Positions 11,743-24,265 of a DNA stretch of 64,000 nucleotides are shown in pieces. Both the position numbers and the translations under genes were made by a program. The notes under the pieces are model-generated. The model did no database searches. It had not been told where the DNA came from and saw only the letters and a list, made by a program, of their open reading frames with translations. Position 1 is the stretch's first letter; each line of letters starts with the position of its first letter. Origin of the DNA: Tubulanus polymorphus (taxonomy: Eukaryota; Animalia; Nemertea); contig NC_134028.1 in the NCBI RefSeq assembly GCF_964204645.1, positions 15,135,653 to 15,199,652 of the forward strand. The letters are read 5' to 3'.

Positions 11743-13556
11743 TGTATATAACACACTCCTTTCCGTATGCTGGACTCACACTTGACATTCGGAGTAAGCG
11801 TTCGCTGTGGGGGAAAGGAGATCGTTCGCTGTGTCGCTTGAAGTGTTTATCGAGTTTTACGCGGCTTTAAGCCTACCGGTACTGAGCTTTACTAAACAAA
11901 CACAGTATAATTGTTGCGTTTATTAACGGACTCATTGGATTGAACTTCCAAACAAAATTTACGATATTTAGGTGGGTTGTTATTCAATAGGCCTACGACC
12001 AATCTGTCCATATTTTAGGCCTACGCATATACATAGGCCTACATAGGCTAATGTCTATTTATTAATGAATGAGACCTGTTTTTCTGGGATATTTTGCTTA
12101 CTTTTTGGGGTACATACCTCATTTATGTCTTAACAGAATGCAAAAAATCGCGGACAACAACTGAATATCCGATATTATTCCAGTTCTGTACCGATTAGAT
12201 GGATTGGCAAAAAGACTCCTTAAGTCCAGTTGAATGAGAGAGAAAATCCTCCATTTTGTGAAATTTCTTGGATTTGAACATTGTTACCATGGTTGTACCT
12301 TATAAAATGCTTTGTCAAAATCATAAAGAGTAATTATCGCCTAACAGTCGATTTTCCAGAGTCAAATAGGACATCTGGTTCAGTTGTCCATGGTTTCAAG
12401 AAGGTCTAATTGACTGTTTGTCGAGCTTCCTCTTATAAAACTGTATTAACCATTGAACAGGATTCAAAGACTGTGCAGAAAACCCGTTATTAGGGTTTTC
12501 TGTTATTTGCCAGAAAACCCTATTGATATCCGCGTGATTATTAGGGTTTTCTGTTATTTTACAGAAAACCCTATTGATATCCGCGTGATTATTATTATTA
12601 TTATTTTCTTCCACACTATTTTTACCAAAAGAACATAGGCTTTGTTACCTTACCGCTGTTTCATATACAATCCATATAATATCGTCAAGCTCACTGAGAT
12701 CTACAAATAGCCCGCGTGTTTTTTCACGAATCATCGTTACAAAAGCGCTGTCGGGCTGTAAACATCGAAAATTTAGCCCCATTCAATGGGGCGACATGTT
12801 TTTCGAGTCGTCATCCCGAAATCAACCCGCAGGCCGACTGTCACTTCGATTATCAATTCAAGTATAAATGAACTAATTTATTGCCGCAGACTTCACATTC
12901 AGTCGCGGTCTTCAAACAGTGATTTTAACAATAGCCCATTTTCCTCATCAAATCATATTACCGATACAGTGGAAATTTACTACTTTAGATTTTAAAAGCA
13001 CTGTCGAGCCGTAAACATCGACGAATCGACGTGTGTTACTACATCGACGTTCCGGGGATGAGCTGCGAGTTTCTCCTCATCATGAGAATCGAATCGAGTA
13101 CAAATTAATTTATTACTACCAGTGATTTGGCTGCGGGTTTCAAGGAGTTAGTTTAACAATACCTATTTTTCTTTACCGCATTAACCGTGTATTTACTAAG
13201 ATAAATCTTTAGTGTACCGGGGAATCGTAGGCCTAAACTAAACAGGCCGAAGAGATATGGCGGAGAAAAGCTGTTATGTCGACGAGGTATCAAAATAAAG
13301 GAATATATTACTTTATTCGGCCGCGGGCTTCAACCATTTATCAATACTCTATATTTCCTACAGTACATACCGATCATTGTCAAATGCACAAGGTATTTAC
13401 TAAATACAAGTATATAACACACTCCTATCCGTATGCTGGACTCACACTTGACATTCGGAGTAAGCGTTCGCTGTGGGGGAAAGGAGATCGTTCGCTGTGT
13501 CGCTTGAAGTGTTTATCGAGTTTTACGCGACCTTAAGGCTTTAGTATGGTGGCTGA
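11743..13556. repeat. Dispersed non-coding repeat family R1 (segments 11743..~12040 and ~12453..13556)
   Basis: Blocks such as GTATGCTGGACTCACACTTGACATTCGGAGTAAGCGTTCGCTGTGGGGGAAAGG recur at ~11765, ~13430 and ~18235. 12453..13556 resembles 17343..18617. Confidence 0.8.
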
Positions 13557-13635
13557 TGAGATAAAAGAACACGAATATGCAAATGAGGGCGACATGACGA
13601 CAAAACGACAAAACTAAAATAACGCGAGAAAACAA

Positions 13636-14625
13636 TGATTTTGATTTTGTCGCCCGCGACAATTCATTATTTTGGTTTTGTCACACGCGACAATTCAATA
13701 TTTTGGTTTTATCGCCCGCGACAATTCATTATTTTGGTTTTATCGCTTGCGACAATTCATTTTTTTGGTTTTGTCGCCCGCGAAAATTCAATATTTTGGT
13801 TTTATCGCCCACGACAATTCCCTACTTTGGTTTTATCGGCAGCGACAATTCATTATTTTGGTATTGTGGCCCGCGACAATTCTTCTTTTTGGTTTTGTCG
13901 CCCGCGACAATTCAATATTTTGGTTTTATCGCCTGCGACAATTCAATATTTTGGTTTTATCGCCCGCGTTAATTCATTATTTAGGTTTTGTCGCCCGATA
14001 CAATTCATTATTTCGGTTTTATCGCCGGCGACAATTCATTATTACGGTTTTATCGCCCGCGACAATTCATTATTTTGGTTTTGTCGCCCTCGACAATTCA
14101 CCATTTTGGTTTTGTCGCCCGCGACAATTCACCATTTTGGTTTTGTCACCCGCGACAATTCATTATTTTGGTTTTATCGCCCGCGACAATTCATTATTTT
14201 GTTTTATCGCCCGCGACAATTCATTATTTTGGTTTTGTCGCCCGCAACAATTCATTAGTTTGGTTTTGTCGCCTGGACAATTCACCATTTTGGTTTTGTC
14301 GCCCGCGACAATTCATTATTTTGGTTTTGTCGCCCCTACAATTCTTTTTTTGGTTTTTTCGCCCGCGACAATTCATTAGTTTGGTTTTGTCGCCCGCGAC
14401 AATTCAATATTTTGGTTTTATCACCCACGACCCATTACACCCACGACCCATTACTTTGGTTTTATCTCCAGCGACAATTCATTATTTTGGTTTTGTCGCC
14501 TGCGACAATTCATTATTTTGGTTTTATCGCCCGCGACAATTCAATATTTTGGTTTTATCGCCCGCGATAATTCATTATTTTGGTTTTATTGCCCGCGACA
14601 ATTCATTATTTTGGTTTTGTCGGCC
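13636..14625. repeat. ~30-31-bp tandem minisatellite (ATTATTTTGGTTTTRTCGCCCGCGACAATTC)n
   Basis: About 30 head-to-tail units with no unique spacers; the array resumes at 16720..17030. Confidence 0.95.
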
Positions 14626-16719
14626 GAAGAAAATTTCGAAGACGCTTTGATCAATTACCTTGATCTTTCGTTTATATTTGAATCTACCAAAGGCCCATCA
14701 GCATAAGAAAATTGGGTCGATCTGACTCAAGATAGCCGTCCTATGACCTTTTTAGTGCCCAAAAATGTCAATTTTGGCCAGAATTCTAGGTCCTGTAGCT
14801 TCCTACTGGTTTGCCATTTCTCATTGCAATTGCTGATGGATATTCTTTAGAGAGGGATGTTTTATACCTGGGACAGGTATTTTTGATCAGCCAATTATGA
14901 CGCAATTGGCGGCCATCTTGGTGTCATCAGTACTCATTCGTAGGTGGGAAAAAGTTTTTCCACAATTAATTGATACCTTAGCATATTGTGTTACTGTATT
15001 CAATTGGACAGTTGTAGCCCATAACATGTTCTATGATTTTGGAGAGTTTCAAGGTCATTGGTTTTTGTATGTGGCCATCAGGGGGCGTTGAATAATACAA
15101 TAACTTAGTATCGCTATATTATATTTGTACCAAGGCATATTTTGTTGCCATGATCAATGGCAAAGTTGTAGTTCATGACATCGTCTATGATTGTGGTGAG
15201 TTTTTAAGGACATTAGTCACCAGGGGGCGTTGAATAGTAGAAAAACTTAGTTTTTCCTTATTAGATTGGTACCTAGGCATATTTTGTTACTATGATCAAT
15301 TGCAAAGTTGTATTTCATGACATGTACTACGATTGTGGTGAGTTTTAAGGTCATTGGGTTTTGCATATGGTCACCAGGGGGCGTTGAATAGTAGAATAAC
15401 TTAGTATTTCCATATTAAAGTTTTGAAGACGCTTCAAGGTAATGTCTTGATATTTGGTTTATACATATATCTACCCTAGACACATCGTCAGCCCAAAAAC
15501 TGGCCCTGTCAGATTCAAGATGGCTGACTGGCAGCCATTGATGTTTGCCAAAATCAGCACTTTTTAAACATTTTCGAAGTTTTCGTGGGAAATTTTGAAG
15601 ACGCTTTGATCAATTACCTTGATCTTTCGTTTATATTTGAATCTTCCAAAGGCCCATCAGCATAAGAAAATTGGGTCGATCTGACTCAAGATGGCCGTCC
15701 TATGACCTTTTTAGTGCCCAAAAATGTCAATTTTGGCCAGAATTCTAGGTCCTGTAGCTTCCTACTGGTTTGCCATTTCTCATTGCAATTGGGGATGGAT
15801 ATTCTTTAGAGAGGGATGTTTTATACCTGGGATAGGTATTTTTGATCAGCCAATTATGACGCAATTGGCAGCCATCTTGGTGTCATCAGTACTCATTCGT
15901 AGGTGGGAAAAAGTTTTTCCACAATTAATTGATACCTAAGCATATTGTGTCACTATATTCAATTGGAAAGTTGTAGCCCATAACGTGTTCTATGATTTTG
16001 GTGAGTTTCAAGGTCATTGGTTTTTGTATGTGGCCATCAGGGGGCGTTGAATAATACAATAACTTAGTATCGCTATATTATATTTGTACCAAGGCATATT
16101 TTGTTACCATGATCAATGGCAAAGTTGTAGTTCGTGACATCGTCTATGATTGTGGTGAGTTTTTAAGGATATTAGTTATTCCATATAGTCACCAGGGGCG
16201 TTGAATAGTAGAAAAGCTTAGTTTTTCCTTATTAGATTGGTACCTAGGCATAGTTTGTTACCATGATCCATTGCAAAGTTGTAGTTCACGACATCGTCTA
16301 TGATTATGGTGAGTTTTTAAGGACATTAGTTATTCCATATAGTCACCAGGGGGCGCTGAATAGTAGAATGGCTTAGTATTCCCTTATTAGATTGGTACCT
16401 AGGCATATTTTGTTACTATGATCAATTGCAAAGTTGTATTTCATGACATGTACTACGATTGCGGTGAGTTTTAAGGTCATTAGGTTTTGCATATGGTCAC
16501 CAGGGGGCGTTGAATAGTAGAATAACTTAGTATTTCCATATTAAATTGGTAACGAGGCTTATTTTGTCACCACAATCAATTACAAAATCATAGCTGCTCA
16601 CATGTTCTATGATTGTGGTGGGTTTCAAGGTCATGGGATTTAGTATATGGTCACTAGAGGGCGTTATGTATTGAAATTGTTAGATTGTTGAGCATTTGAA
16701 ACCACTCCCTGGACCCCTA
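14626..16719. repeat. Repeat R2 inserted in the minisatellite: ~960-bp tandem duplication containing ~154-bp subrepeats
   Basis: GAAGACGCTTTGATCAATTACCTTGATC at ~14638 and ~15597; subrepeats centred on CAYCAGGGGGCGTTGAATA. A related fragment lies at ~63333..63530. Confidence 0.85.
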
Positions 16720-17030
16720 GTTTGGTTTTGTCGTCGGCGACAATTCATTATTTTGGTTTTGTCGCACGCAACAATTCAATAGTTTGTTTTTGTCGTCCGC
16801 GACAATTCATTATTTTGGTTTTATCACCCGCAACAATTCAATATTTTGGTTTTAACGCCCGCGACAATTCATTATTGTGGTTTTATCGACCGTGACAACT
16901 CATTATTTTGGTTTTATCGCCCGCGACAATTCATTATTTTTGTTTTGTCGCCCGTGACAATTCAATATTTTGGTTTTGTCACCCGCGACAATTCATAATT
17001 TTGGTTTTGTCGCCCGTGGTTTTGTCGGAA
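16720..17030. repeat. Continuation of the 30-31-bp minisatellite
   Basis: Same unit as 13636..14625. Confidence 0.9.
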
Positions 17031-17342
17031 CATTAAGTTTTTGGTCGAACAGTGTGTTAAGGTTGTTTTGAAAATTTACTCGGTCTGGTATATTTTGGAT
17101 TACTGTGTATGTCATTTGTAAGGACATTAAACAGAAGACGACTTAGGATACTACCTTGCGTGACTCCATTAGTTAGACCGTCTCATTCCAAGATGAGGCG
17201 TTCCGTTGATTTCGGTTACAAGTTTCCGTTCAGAGATAACTGCTGTGCCATTTGGGCGACCTATCATTGATACTATTTCCTAATAGCCTGTTCAGTAATG
17301 GCTGATGTTGAGCCTTATCAAATGCTTTGTTGAAATCCACCG

Positions 17343-18617
17343 TTGAACAGGATTCTAAGACTGTGCAGAAAACCCGTTATCGCTGCTTTGCAGCTATATT
17401 TATTATTATTTTCTTCCACACTATTTTTACTAAAAGAACAAAGGCTTTGTTACCTTGCCGCTGTTGTCGATACAATCCGTCTGATATCATTCAGCTCACT
17501 TCGATCTACAAATACCCTGTGCGTATTTTGAAGAATCATCGTTACATTAGCACTGTCGGGCCGTAAACATCGAAAATTGAGCCCCATTCAAAGAGCCGAC
17601 ATGTTTTTCTAAGTCCTCTTTCCGAAATCTACCGCACGTTTCTTGTCACATCAATTATCAATTCAAGCACAAATTAACAAATTTATTACCCAAAGATTGC
17701 ACATTCTGTCGCGGTTTTTAAAAACTAATTTTAACAATAGCCCATTTTCCTCATCAAATCGTATTTACTACTTTTGATTTTAAAAGCACTGTCGAGCCGT
17801 AAACATCGACGAATCGACGTGTGGCACTACATCGTCGTTCCGGGGATCAGCTGCGAGTTTCACCTCATCATGAGAATCAAATCGAGTACAAATTAATTTA
17901 TTACTACCAGTGATTTGGCTGCGGGCGTCAAGCAGTTAGTTTAGCAATACCTATTTTTCTTTATCAAATTACCCGTGTAGCCTATTTACTAAGATAAATC
18001 ATAAGTGTACCGGGGAGTCGTAGGCCTTAACGAAATACGCCGAAGAGATATAGCGGAGAAAAGTTGTTATGTCGAGGAGGTATCAAAATAAAAGAATACA
18101 TTACTTTATTCGGCCGCGGGCTTCAACCTCTATATCAATACCATCAATACTCTATATTTCCTACAGTACATACCGATCATTGTCAAATGCACAAGGTATT
18201 TACTAAATACAAGTATATAACACAATCCTTTCCGTATGCTGGACTCACACTTGACATTCGGAGTAAGCGTTCGCTGTGGGGGAAAGGGATCGTTCGCTGT
18301 GTCCCTTGAAGTGTTTATCAAGTTTGACGCGGCTTTAGGCCTACTGAGCTTTACCGTCTCAAACAAACACAGTATAATTGTTGCGTTTATTAAAGGACTC
18401 ATTGGATTGAACTTCAAAACAAAATTTACGATATTTAGGAGGGTTGTTATTCAATAGGCCTACGACCAATCTGTCCGGATGTTAGGCCTACATAGGCTAG
18501 TAGCCTCTACTAGGTTAAGCGTTCGCTGTGGGGGAAAGGAGATCGTTCGCTGTGTCGCTTGAAGTGTTTATCGAGTTTTACGCGACCTTAAGGCTTTAGT
18601 ATGGTGGCTGATAAGGG
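17343..18617. repeat. Second long copy of dispersed repeat R1
   Basis: Collinear with 12453..13556 and 11743..12040. Confidence 0.8.
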
Positions 18618-18673
18618 CCATGTGTAAAAAAACACGTATATATCGCGTCAAGTCGATATGAATATGTCATTAT

Positions 18674-18868
18674 ATCGTGACGTTTTCACGACAAATTTCG
18701 CTTTCTCGACCACTTTCCTCGCGACAAGTCGACATATTCATGACGACTTGAAACTCAGTCGTCATATTACTGGTGTCCTCATCTTACATTTAGACATGTC
18801 TTCAAATGACGGTTTGTCCCTTGGAAAATGGGCGAAAAAGCGAAATTTGTCGTGAAAACGTAACGATG
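18674..18868. repeat. ~195-bp foldback (MITE-like) inverted repeat
   Basis: ATCGTGACGTTTTCACGACAAATTTCGCTTT.. pairs with ..AAAGCGAAATTTGTCGTGAAAACGTAACGAT. Confidence 0.7.
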
Positions 18869-19258
18869 ATTTATTCACAATACACAAATTCATATAATCA
18901 AATATATTTTAATAATAATAATTATTCTATTATTCAACTGAAATACACACGGTTATGAAAATATATTATAGTTTTAAATTACTTTTAATGTTTGTTTTTA
19001 ATGAACTCGACCATTCAACCTTTTACCTGAAAGCCCATTACCCCTATTATTCTTAAAATAATCATATACATGAATAACATTTAAATTGACATATTATTCA
19101 ATATAAAAGTATATATTTACAACATTATTTCAATATTCATATTTGTATGAGTTAGATTTTTAAACATTAAAAGTGTTAGTTAAGTGTGATTGAAATAATA
19201 CATGATATAAATCATTGAACTTCTAAAATCAATTTTAGTAAAAAAATATGTATAATAA

Positions 19259-19927
19259 ATGGAATCAGAACAACCACAAACTATCAATATTACAAATAAC
19301 ACTGGTGTCATAAATATATACTACAAGAAGTGTTCTAAATGTGAATTAGATAAATTAGCTTTAACAGAATTTAGTAAGCGTAAGATTAGCAAAGATGGTT
19401 TTCAATATTGCTGTAAAACTTGTTTTAAACTATATACCAAACAATACAGAGAAGATAATAGAGAAGCTTATAATGATCATATGACAGAATATATGAGAGA
19501 AAGATATCAAACAGATCTTAATTTTAGATTGAAACAATGCTTAAGATCTAAATTAACACAATTATTCAACAAAGAAACACATTCAGAAACACTATCTAAT
19601 TTATTGGGTTGTTCAGATGAATTCTTAAAATCATGGATAATATATCAATTCGATGATAAAATGAATATAGATAATTATGGTGAATACTTTCATATTGATC
19701 ACGTGTTGCCTATTTCTAAATTTGACATGAGTGATGATTATAATAAGAAGCTAATATGGAACTGGAAAAATTTAAGGCCTTTAGAAAAGAAGGAAAATAT
19801 AATTAAATCTAATAAACTAGATTTACAGTTATATTTAGATCAACTGGATAAAGCAAAGACATTTGTTGAATTATGGAATAGTATTTCACAGAATCAACCG
19901 CATTCTGAGGTTTTAATCAGTGGTTAG
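19259..19927 (+). CDS. Zn-ribbon + HNH-type endonuclease-like protein
   Basis: N-terminal CSKC..CKTC. The C-terminal FHIDHVLP...NLRPL...EN..KSNK resembles the HNH nucleases of large DNA viruses and phages. Confidence 0.7.
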   Translation: MESEQPQTINITNNTGVINIYYKKCSKCELDKLALTEFSKRKISKDGFQYCCKTCFKLYTKQYREDNREAYNDHMTEYMRERYQTDLNFRLKQCLRSKLTQLFNKETHSETLSNLLGCSDEFLKSWIIYQFDDKMNIDNYGEYFHIDHVLPISKFDMSDDYNKKLIWNWKNLRPLEKKENIIKSNKLDLQLYLDQLDKAKTFVELWNSISQNQPHSEVLISG

Positions 19928-20264
19928 AAATTGGCAATTCTATTTGAGCTTTGTATGTATATAATACATAGCTTTTGCTTACTATTTAAACATATGTTGC
20001 CAAATATATCTTGTTTTCAATTCTAAAGAATTAATTAACTTCATCATAAAGAACATCTGTGCAGAAATAATTAGTTTGGTCGAACGTGCGCCACGTCGGC
20101 AGTTAGAAATCAACTTTCACATACATAGTACGTATTGGATATTCTCTCTCAAAACACAGTTTACAGTTCTAAATCTAAATGTAAGTACATATATTATGAA
20201 GTAGGGAAAGCTTTAAACATATTTAAGTCCAGTAATTCATTTTCACGACATCTTTTAGATTAAA

Positions 20265-20721
20265 ATGGAACACAAAGATCAACCAGAAATTCTAAGCCAA
20301 CCAACGGATGAGGAACGATTGCTACTGGATAGTGAAACTCAGGAATCAATAGAAATGGAGGATAAAATTCTCGTAATTGACGAACAAACTTCACAAAAAT
20401 TACAAGAACATTTGGATTATCATCAAAGAAATGGTGAAAATTCTGAGTGATGTAATACATAATAAACAATTACCGCGCGAACTACAATTACCAAAATTAC
20501 CAGCAACGCGACTTAAATTGCTGTTGGGACTTAAAGAATCGAAAACTAAGAAAATGAGTAGAGATATCAGTGCCGGTTTTGAAAGAAAACTGATAAGAGT
20601 AGGTAGATTAATAAAATATGAAAAATTCAAAATATTAGGATTAGCATTTAGTGAAGTAGTCGGATATTTACCAGAAATTGAAGAAATGATTGTAAACAAT
20701 CCAGTAATTAAAGAATTCTGA
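20265..20721 (+). CDS. Hypothetical Polinton ORF(s), possibly one frameshifted gene or two overlapping small ORFs
   Basis: ORFs 20265..20450 and 20377..20721 lie inside the element; no recognisable motif. Confidence 0.35.
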
Positions 20722-20829
20722 ACAATATTATGAATTATAACACTGAAGGTCTTAGTAATATAGATATCAAAAAATGTAATCTCGATTGTATATATCTGTT
20801 TTAATATTGTATTGATTACTGTTAACTAA

Positions 20830-21430
20830 GTATTGCGCAATAACCGGTCCGATTGGACCGCTTTTCTATTGTTCTCCATTGTTCTATTATCGATCGTTGT
20901 TAATGGCGTGGGTTGTTCTGTATCGATTGTTTACTGTTAACTAAGTATTGCGCAATAACCGGTCCGATTGGACCGCTTTTCTATTGTTCTCCATTGTTCT
21001 ATTATCGATCGTTGTTAATGGCGGCGGTTGTTCTGTATTGATTGTTTACTGTTAACTAAGTATTGCGCAATAACCGGTCCGATTGGACCGCTTTTCTATT
21101 GTTCTCCATTGTTCTATTATTGATCGTTGTTGACGGAAACAGCTGCTCAGTATTGATTGGTTACAGTTCTATGTTTGAATGTTGTAGTTTACAGAATAAA
21201 AATATAACTGTGTATTGCGCAATAACCGGTCCGATTGAACCGCTTTTCTATTGTTCTCCATTGTTCTATTATTGATCGTTGTTGACGAAAACAGTTGCTC
21301 AATATTGATTGGTTACATTTCTATGTTTGAATGTTGTAGTTTACAGAATGAAAATATAACTGTGTATTGCGCAATAACCGGTCCGATTGAACCGCTTTTC
21401 TATTGTTCTCCATTGTTCTATTATCGATCG
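20830..21430. repeat. Five palindrome-rich ~70-bp repeats with 115/115/152/152-bp periods inside the Polinton
   Basis: Core GTATTGCGCAATAACCGGTCCGATTGRACCGCTTTTCTATTGTTCTCCATTGTTCTATTATYGATCG at 20830, 20945, 21060, 21212 and 21364. Confidence 0.9.
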
Positions 21431-21637
21431 CTAAAATTTACATAATAAATATATGTGTTTATGAAATAATATTTCCACCAGTCGTTTCGTTGAATTGATT
21501 TTCAGTTGAGGATTTATTATCGAGGATCCGAAATGACTTATCAAAAGCAGCGAGGAATGAAAAAGGATGACGTTAGTCGAAGAAATGGAAGAGGATTCTA
21601 AAATATTAATCAATCTTATTAAAAATTTGATTTATAA

Positions 21638-21853
21638 ATGGAAAGGAATGATGAATACAATAAAAAACTTATTTGGACTTGAAAAATTTAAGACCTCTTG
21701 AAAAGAAAGAAAATAAAATCAAATCTAATAAACTAGATTTACAGTTATATTTAGAACAGTTAACAAAGGCAAAGAAATTTATTGATCAATGGAACAATGA
21801 TCCAAATAATGAACTATACGTTGAGGAATTTGATATCAAGGATCCGAAATGAC
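21638..21853 (+). pseudogene. Partial duplicate of the HNH ORF C-terminus
   Basis: AAATCTAATAAACTAGATTTACAGTTATATTTAGA and the NLRPLEKKEN-coding region are shared with ~19770..19840. Confidence 0.75.
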
Positions 21854-22150
21854 TTATCTGGACAGTTATAATTACTGCTCCTAATAGATAAACAAAAGTA
21901 GTGAGATATCAAATAGAATTCAAATAAAGTATATTAAAAATCACATATCTTCAACTAGCTAGTATTAGTTATTGTTTTTTTAATACTTTCTTTTCAAAAA
22001 GAATACTTTCTATCACAAATAAAAAATACTAAAAAAACAATAACTAATACTAAAATTCTTTACCTTTAACTAAGCTAGTATTAACCTAAAGAGATACTAG
22101 TATCATTTTATAAAACTTATATTTTTTTTTCGGTTTTTTCTCTAATATAA

Positions 22151-22819
22151 ATGTCAAAGAAATCGAGTAAGAATAGTATTGATATTGAAAAGACATTAGA
22201 TGATTTGGGTATAAGTGATAATAAAGATACAGTTTGGTCTTAGATCTTAAGACTGATCTTAAGTTGTTAGATTGGCTATAGAACTAAGTTGGTCTTAACT
22301 AATTGTGCTCAAGTTAATTGTAATATAGATTATGAATACTATTTATATTGTAAGCATCATCTAGAACTATTGATTGCCGGTGGAAAAACTAAAGAGTTTT
22401 TAAATAGAATTATTACTTTTCAAGAATTAGATGCTATGAAACCAGATAAAGTAATAAAATATTTTAAGATTTATGAAGAGGCAAGATTAGCCCGAATAAA
22501 CGATTCTATTTCAGATGGTATTGTCAAATGTTATTCTAAGTTATGTAACCAGTTAATACCAATTGATGATGAAAATAAATTATATACTGATTTGAAAAAT
22601 GACTACTTAGTTATGACTGAATTACAAAAATGGGTTGGTTATGCTTCATTTCAATTAGGATCGGTTATGACATTAATTTCTACCGGCGTCATAACATTTT
22701 CGAACATCAAACCTATGGAATATAAATCAGGTAAGAATGAAACAGATGACGCTGTACTACAACCAAACACCGAAACAGAAAATGAATCAGAACAAAAATT
22801 AACTAAAATAAATGAGTGA
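22151..22819 (+). pseudogene. Hypothetical Polinton protein with a hydrophobic segment (frameshift near 22235)
   Basis: TAAATG start at 22151; ORF 22289..22819 contains VGYASFQLGSVMTLISTGVITF. Confidence 0.55.
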
Positions 22820-23180
22820 TGGAGTTAAGAAAAAGGCTAGATCCAAGAAACAAATTAAATGGGCAAGAGAATTGGGTAAAAGATCTTCAGAATTAAAAAA
22901 AGCTAAGAAAAAGAAATTAACTGATATAAATGAATCACAGACTTTATCTGATATTAATTCAAATAATAATCCATCTGATTCTTCTAATAGTGGAAGAAAT
23001 AATTACTTATATATTACAATTGGGTTAATCACAATTATTATATTCTCTGGTGTAATATATAAATCAAAATTCAAATCTGATGATAAATATGATTCCAATG
23101 ACAATAAACCTATTATACCAGAAAATAAGTCAAATCATAAAGTCATTGAAACTAAATCTAAATTATTATTAATGGATTAA
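22812..23180 (+). CDS. Basic single-pass membrane protein (122 aa)
   Basis: Lys/Arg-rich N-terminus; hydrophobic YLYITIGLITIIIFSGVIY. Confidence 0.6.
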   Translation: MSDGVKKKARSKKQIKWARELGKRSSELKKAKKKKLTDINESQTLSDINSNNNPSDSSNSGRNNYLYITIGLITIIIFSGVIYKSKFKSDDKYDSNDNKPIIPENKSNHKVIETKSKLLLMD

Positions 23181-23186
23181 AATAAG

Positions 23187-24265
23187 ATGAAAAAAGAACA
23201 ATATTTAAGAGTTTATATTATAACCCAGAAAGTGAAGTATCATATTCTAGCGTTTCAGAATTATGGGGTAAAATTAAATCTGATAAAGAAAATGGTAATA
23301 TAAAGTATAGTGAATTGAAATCATGGTTACAAAATCAACCAACATATCAAATCCACAAGAAAATGGATAAAATTTATCTAACAAGAAAAGTTATGGTTTC
23401 ATATATCGATCAACAATGGCAAGCAGATTGAATTGATATAAAGAACTTAGAAGAACACAACAAAGGATATTTCTGGATATTAAATGTTATAGATATATTC
23501 AGTCGATACGCATGGTCAATTCCAATCAAAAATAAAACTGGAATAGAAGTAACAAATGCTTTTAAATCTATATTTAAAGAAGCTATTCCAGATAAGATAC
23601 AATTTGATGAAGGTAAGGAATTCTATAACAAACATTTTAAAAAACTATTATCTGATAACGATGTAGAGTATTTTTCAACACACTCAGATAAAAAAGCATC
23701 TATTATAGAAAGATTTAATAAAACATTGAAAACTAGAATGTGGAAACATTTTACTGCTAATGAAACATATAAATATATCGATGTGTTAGATGATTTAGTG
23801 AAAGGTTATAATAATTCTAAACATTCAAGTATTGGTATGAAACCTATACAAGCTAGAAAAGAAGATAATTCAGAAATAGTTTGGAATAATTTATATGGCG
23901 CATTTGTTACACATGATTTCGGTGAACCTAAATTTAAAATAGGACAACACGTAAGAATATCTAAATATAGAAAAACATTTTATAAAGGTTATACCCCAAA
24001 TTTTACAGAAGAAATATTCAAGATTAAAAAGATAATATTAACTAAACCATTTGTTTATAAATTAGAAGATTTAAAAGATGAAGAAATATTAGGTTATTTC
24101 TATGAAAAAGAACTATCACTTGTACCAAATCCAGATGAAATAGAATACTAAATAGAAAAAGTATTGAAAACAAAAACTCTTAAAGGAAAAAAGTATTCTT
24201 TAGTGAAATATAAAGGATATGATGATTTAATGAATGGATTTTATCTAGTAAAATTAAAAGAATAA
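23187..24265 (+). pseudogene. Retroviral-like (rve) Polinton integrase with C-terminal chromodomain; stops and frameshifts
   Basis: QWQAD, VIDIFSRYAW, QFDEGKEF, ASIIERFNKTLK; C-terminal IEKVLK..KYSLVKYKGY. Confidence 0.93.

Noticed and set aside
13636-14650. CRISPR-like array or repeat-protein ORFs (207-235 aa) in the 30-31-bp repeat
   Set aside because: The units are head-to-tail with no unique spacers and no cas genes. ORFs appear in all three frames, as expected for a stop-poor satellite.
20830-21430. CRISPR array inside the Polinton
   Set aside because: The cores are ~70 bp and the linkers are near-duplicates of each other rather than unique spacers.
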